From Octopus sinensis (taxonomy: Eukaryota): DNA of 64,000 bases. Of the stretch, positions 62,231 through 64,000 are shown in pieces. Location of the stretch: assembly GCF_006345805.1 (NCBI RefSeq), contig NC_043021.1, forward strand, positions 14,880,001 to 14,944,000, written 5' to 3'. The notes below the pieces were generated by a model that was not told the origin of the DNA, did not search any database, and worked only from the letters and a program-made list of their open reading frames with translations. Position numbers and translations under genes: made by a program. Each line of letters opens with the position of its first letter. The stretch's first letter is position 1.

Positions 62231-62547
62231 AGATTTTTTTAAAAATCAGTCAGACTATCACGATTTAGCGAGTGCCATAGTTAATCAATATGTAATCCAT
62301 ATAGGGCGACAAACTGGCAGAAACGTTAGCACGCCAGGCAAAATGCTTAGCGGCATTTCATCCACCGTGAGTTCAAATTCTACCGAGGCTTGCCTTTCAT
62401 CCTTTTAGGGTCGATAACAAGTACCAGTCGAGTACTAGGATCGATGTAATTGACTTAACCCCTCCTTTGAAATTTCTGGCCTTGTGCCAAAATTAAAAAA
62501 AAACAGCATGTAATCTATACAAGATGATAAATAATAATTCCTCAGAT

Positions 62548-62716
62548 CAGTGCTGTCTTAATACATGCGAACACTCGGCATTTGCCCTTGGCCCCCAGAA
62601 GTTTAGGGGCCCAGTTCTGGTTTATGTATGCTGTGGCTTGCTATTAATAAATACATGCTGTTGGTCCCAATCATTTATTTGCCCGCGGGTCCCCTAATGA
62701 AGTTAAGACGGCCTTG
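62548..62716. mobile_element. hAT-like MITE
   Basis: TIRs cagtgctgtcttaa / ttaagacggccttg; the 8-bp flanks match at only 5/8 positions. Confidence 0.5.
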
Positions 62717-63159
62717 TCTCTAATGAATGATTATGTCTTCTGAACACACACACACACACACACACTACACGCACGCACACACACTACACACACACATACA
62801 CACACACACACATTAGTCTAGTCATTATCATCATCATCAGGGCATTCTCATTACCCAACCAAAGTCGACTGACGTAGTGACGCAGGAACAAGCATCCACT
62901 TATTAATCACATATGTAAAATGTAAGTTAAAACGCTGAATACCACTGGCAGCAATCCCAAATAGTTGGTGATTTAATGACTAAATATACGTATGGATATT
63001 GTTCTGCTGCACTCTGATGCCAATATATAACTGTTAGTCATCGAGTTTCGAGAAAGGAAAGAAACGAAAAGCAACCAGCAGACAATCAAAGCAGAATTGA
63101 GGTAAATGAAGGAAGGGAGATAACTATCAGCTAACAACCTCATATCTAATGTATGACAA

Positions 63160-63670
63160 GGTTGGCAGAATCGTTAGCACACCGGGCGAAATGCTTAGCG
63201 GTATTTCGTCTGCCGCTACGTTCTGAGTTCAAATTCCGCCGAGGTCGACTTTGCCTTTCATCCTTTCAGGGTCGATTAAATAAGTATCAGTTACGCACTG
63301 GGGTCGATGTAATCGACTTAATCCGTTTGTCTGTTCTTGTTTGTCCCTTCTGTGTTTAGCCCCTTGTAGGTGGTAAAGAAATAGGTATTTTGCCTGCCGC
63401 TACGTTCTGAGTTCAAATTCCGCCGAGATCGACTTTGCCTTTCATCCTTTCAGGGTCGATTAAATAAGTACCAGTTACGCACTGGGGTCGATGTAATCGA
63501 CTTGATCCGTTTGTCTGTTCTTGTTTGTCCCTTCTGTGTTTAGCCCCTTGTGGGTGGTAAAGAAATAGGTATTTTGCCTGCCGCTACGTTCTGAGTTCAA
63601 ATTCCGCCGAGGTTGACTTTGCCTTTCATCCTTTCAGGGTCGATTAAATAAGTACCAGTTATGCACTAGG
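63160..63670 (+). mobile_element. Family A SINE followed by two tandem 5'-truncated repeats (period 184 bp)
   Basis: GTATTT(C/T)G(T/C)CTGCCGCTACG starts at 63201, 63385 and 63569. Confidence 0.9.
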
Positions 63671-64000
63671 TGTGTGTGTGTATGTATGTGCGTGTATACA
63701 CACACACCTACATACATGCATGCTTGCATTCAAACACATATACATAAGCACATTTGCAAACGGATATATACGTGTGTATGTGTTTGTGCACGTGTGTGTG
63801 TGTATGTGTGTATAAATATGAATATATGTTCACCCATTTCATCTCTCAGTGTTTAATAAATGAGTCAAAATATGACTGTCAAAAGTAATCAACATTTAAT
63901 CTATACAACAAAATAAATTTTTTGATTCATTCCTGAACACCCAGGCACACACACACACACACACACACACATCTTGTCTTAGCATCAACATTGTTTTGAG

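Overview
AT-rich, repeat-saturated eukaryotic DNA, most likely octopus or another coleoid cephalopod (inferred from recalled SINE, RTE and mariner families; not verified by a search). Only one protein-coding segment is well supported: the first coding exon of a GAS2-like (GAS2L/Pigs family) gene at 48106-48729 (-). It encodes 208 aa with a calponin-homology domain and ends at a phase-0 GTAAGT donor. I found no downstream GAR-domain exon, so 1-48105 is probably one very large intron. The rest is transposable elements (several tRNA-derived SINE families, RTE, RTE-X and RLE-type LINE ends, two Tc1/mariner transposase relics, piggyBac-, pogo-, hAT- and Merlin-like MITEs, non-autonomous Helitrons, Penelope-like palindromes) and microsatellites. 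Most ORF-track entries are microsatellite or SINE artefacts. The top find is a single insertion with a 16-bp target-site duplication (28755-29137) that fuses a SINE head-to-head with a 28S rRNA fragment ending near the hidden-break region. Also notable: a CpG-depletion boundary near 44 kb, a candidate internal promoter/first exon near 7 kb, local inverted templated insertions, shared insertion hotspots and several long hairpins. SINE family labels A-G are my own working names, and repeat coordinates are approximate to about 10 bp unless a TSD or TIR fixes them. I cannot support a wholly new multi-gene system in this window.
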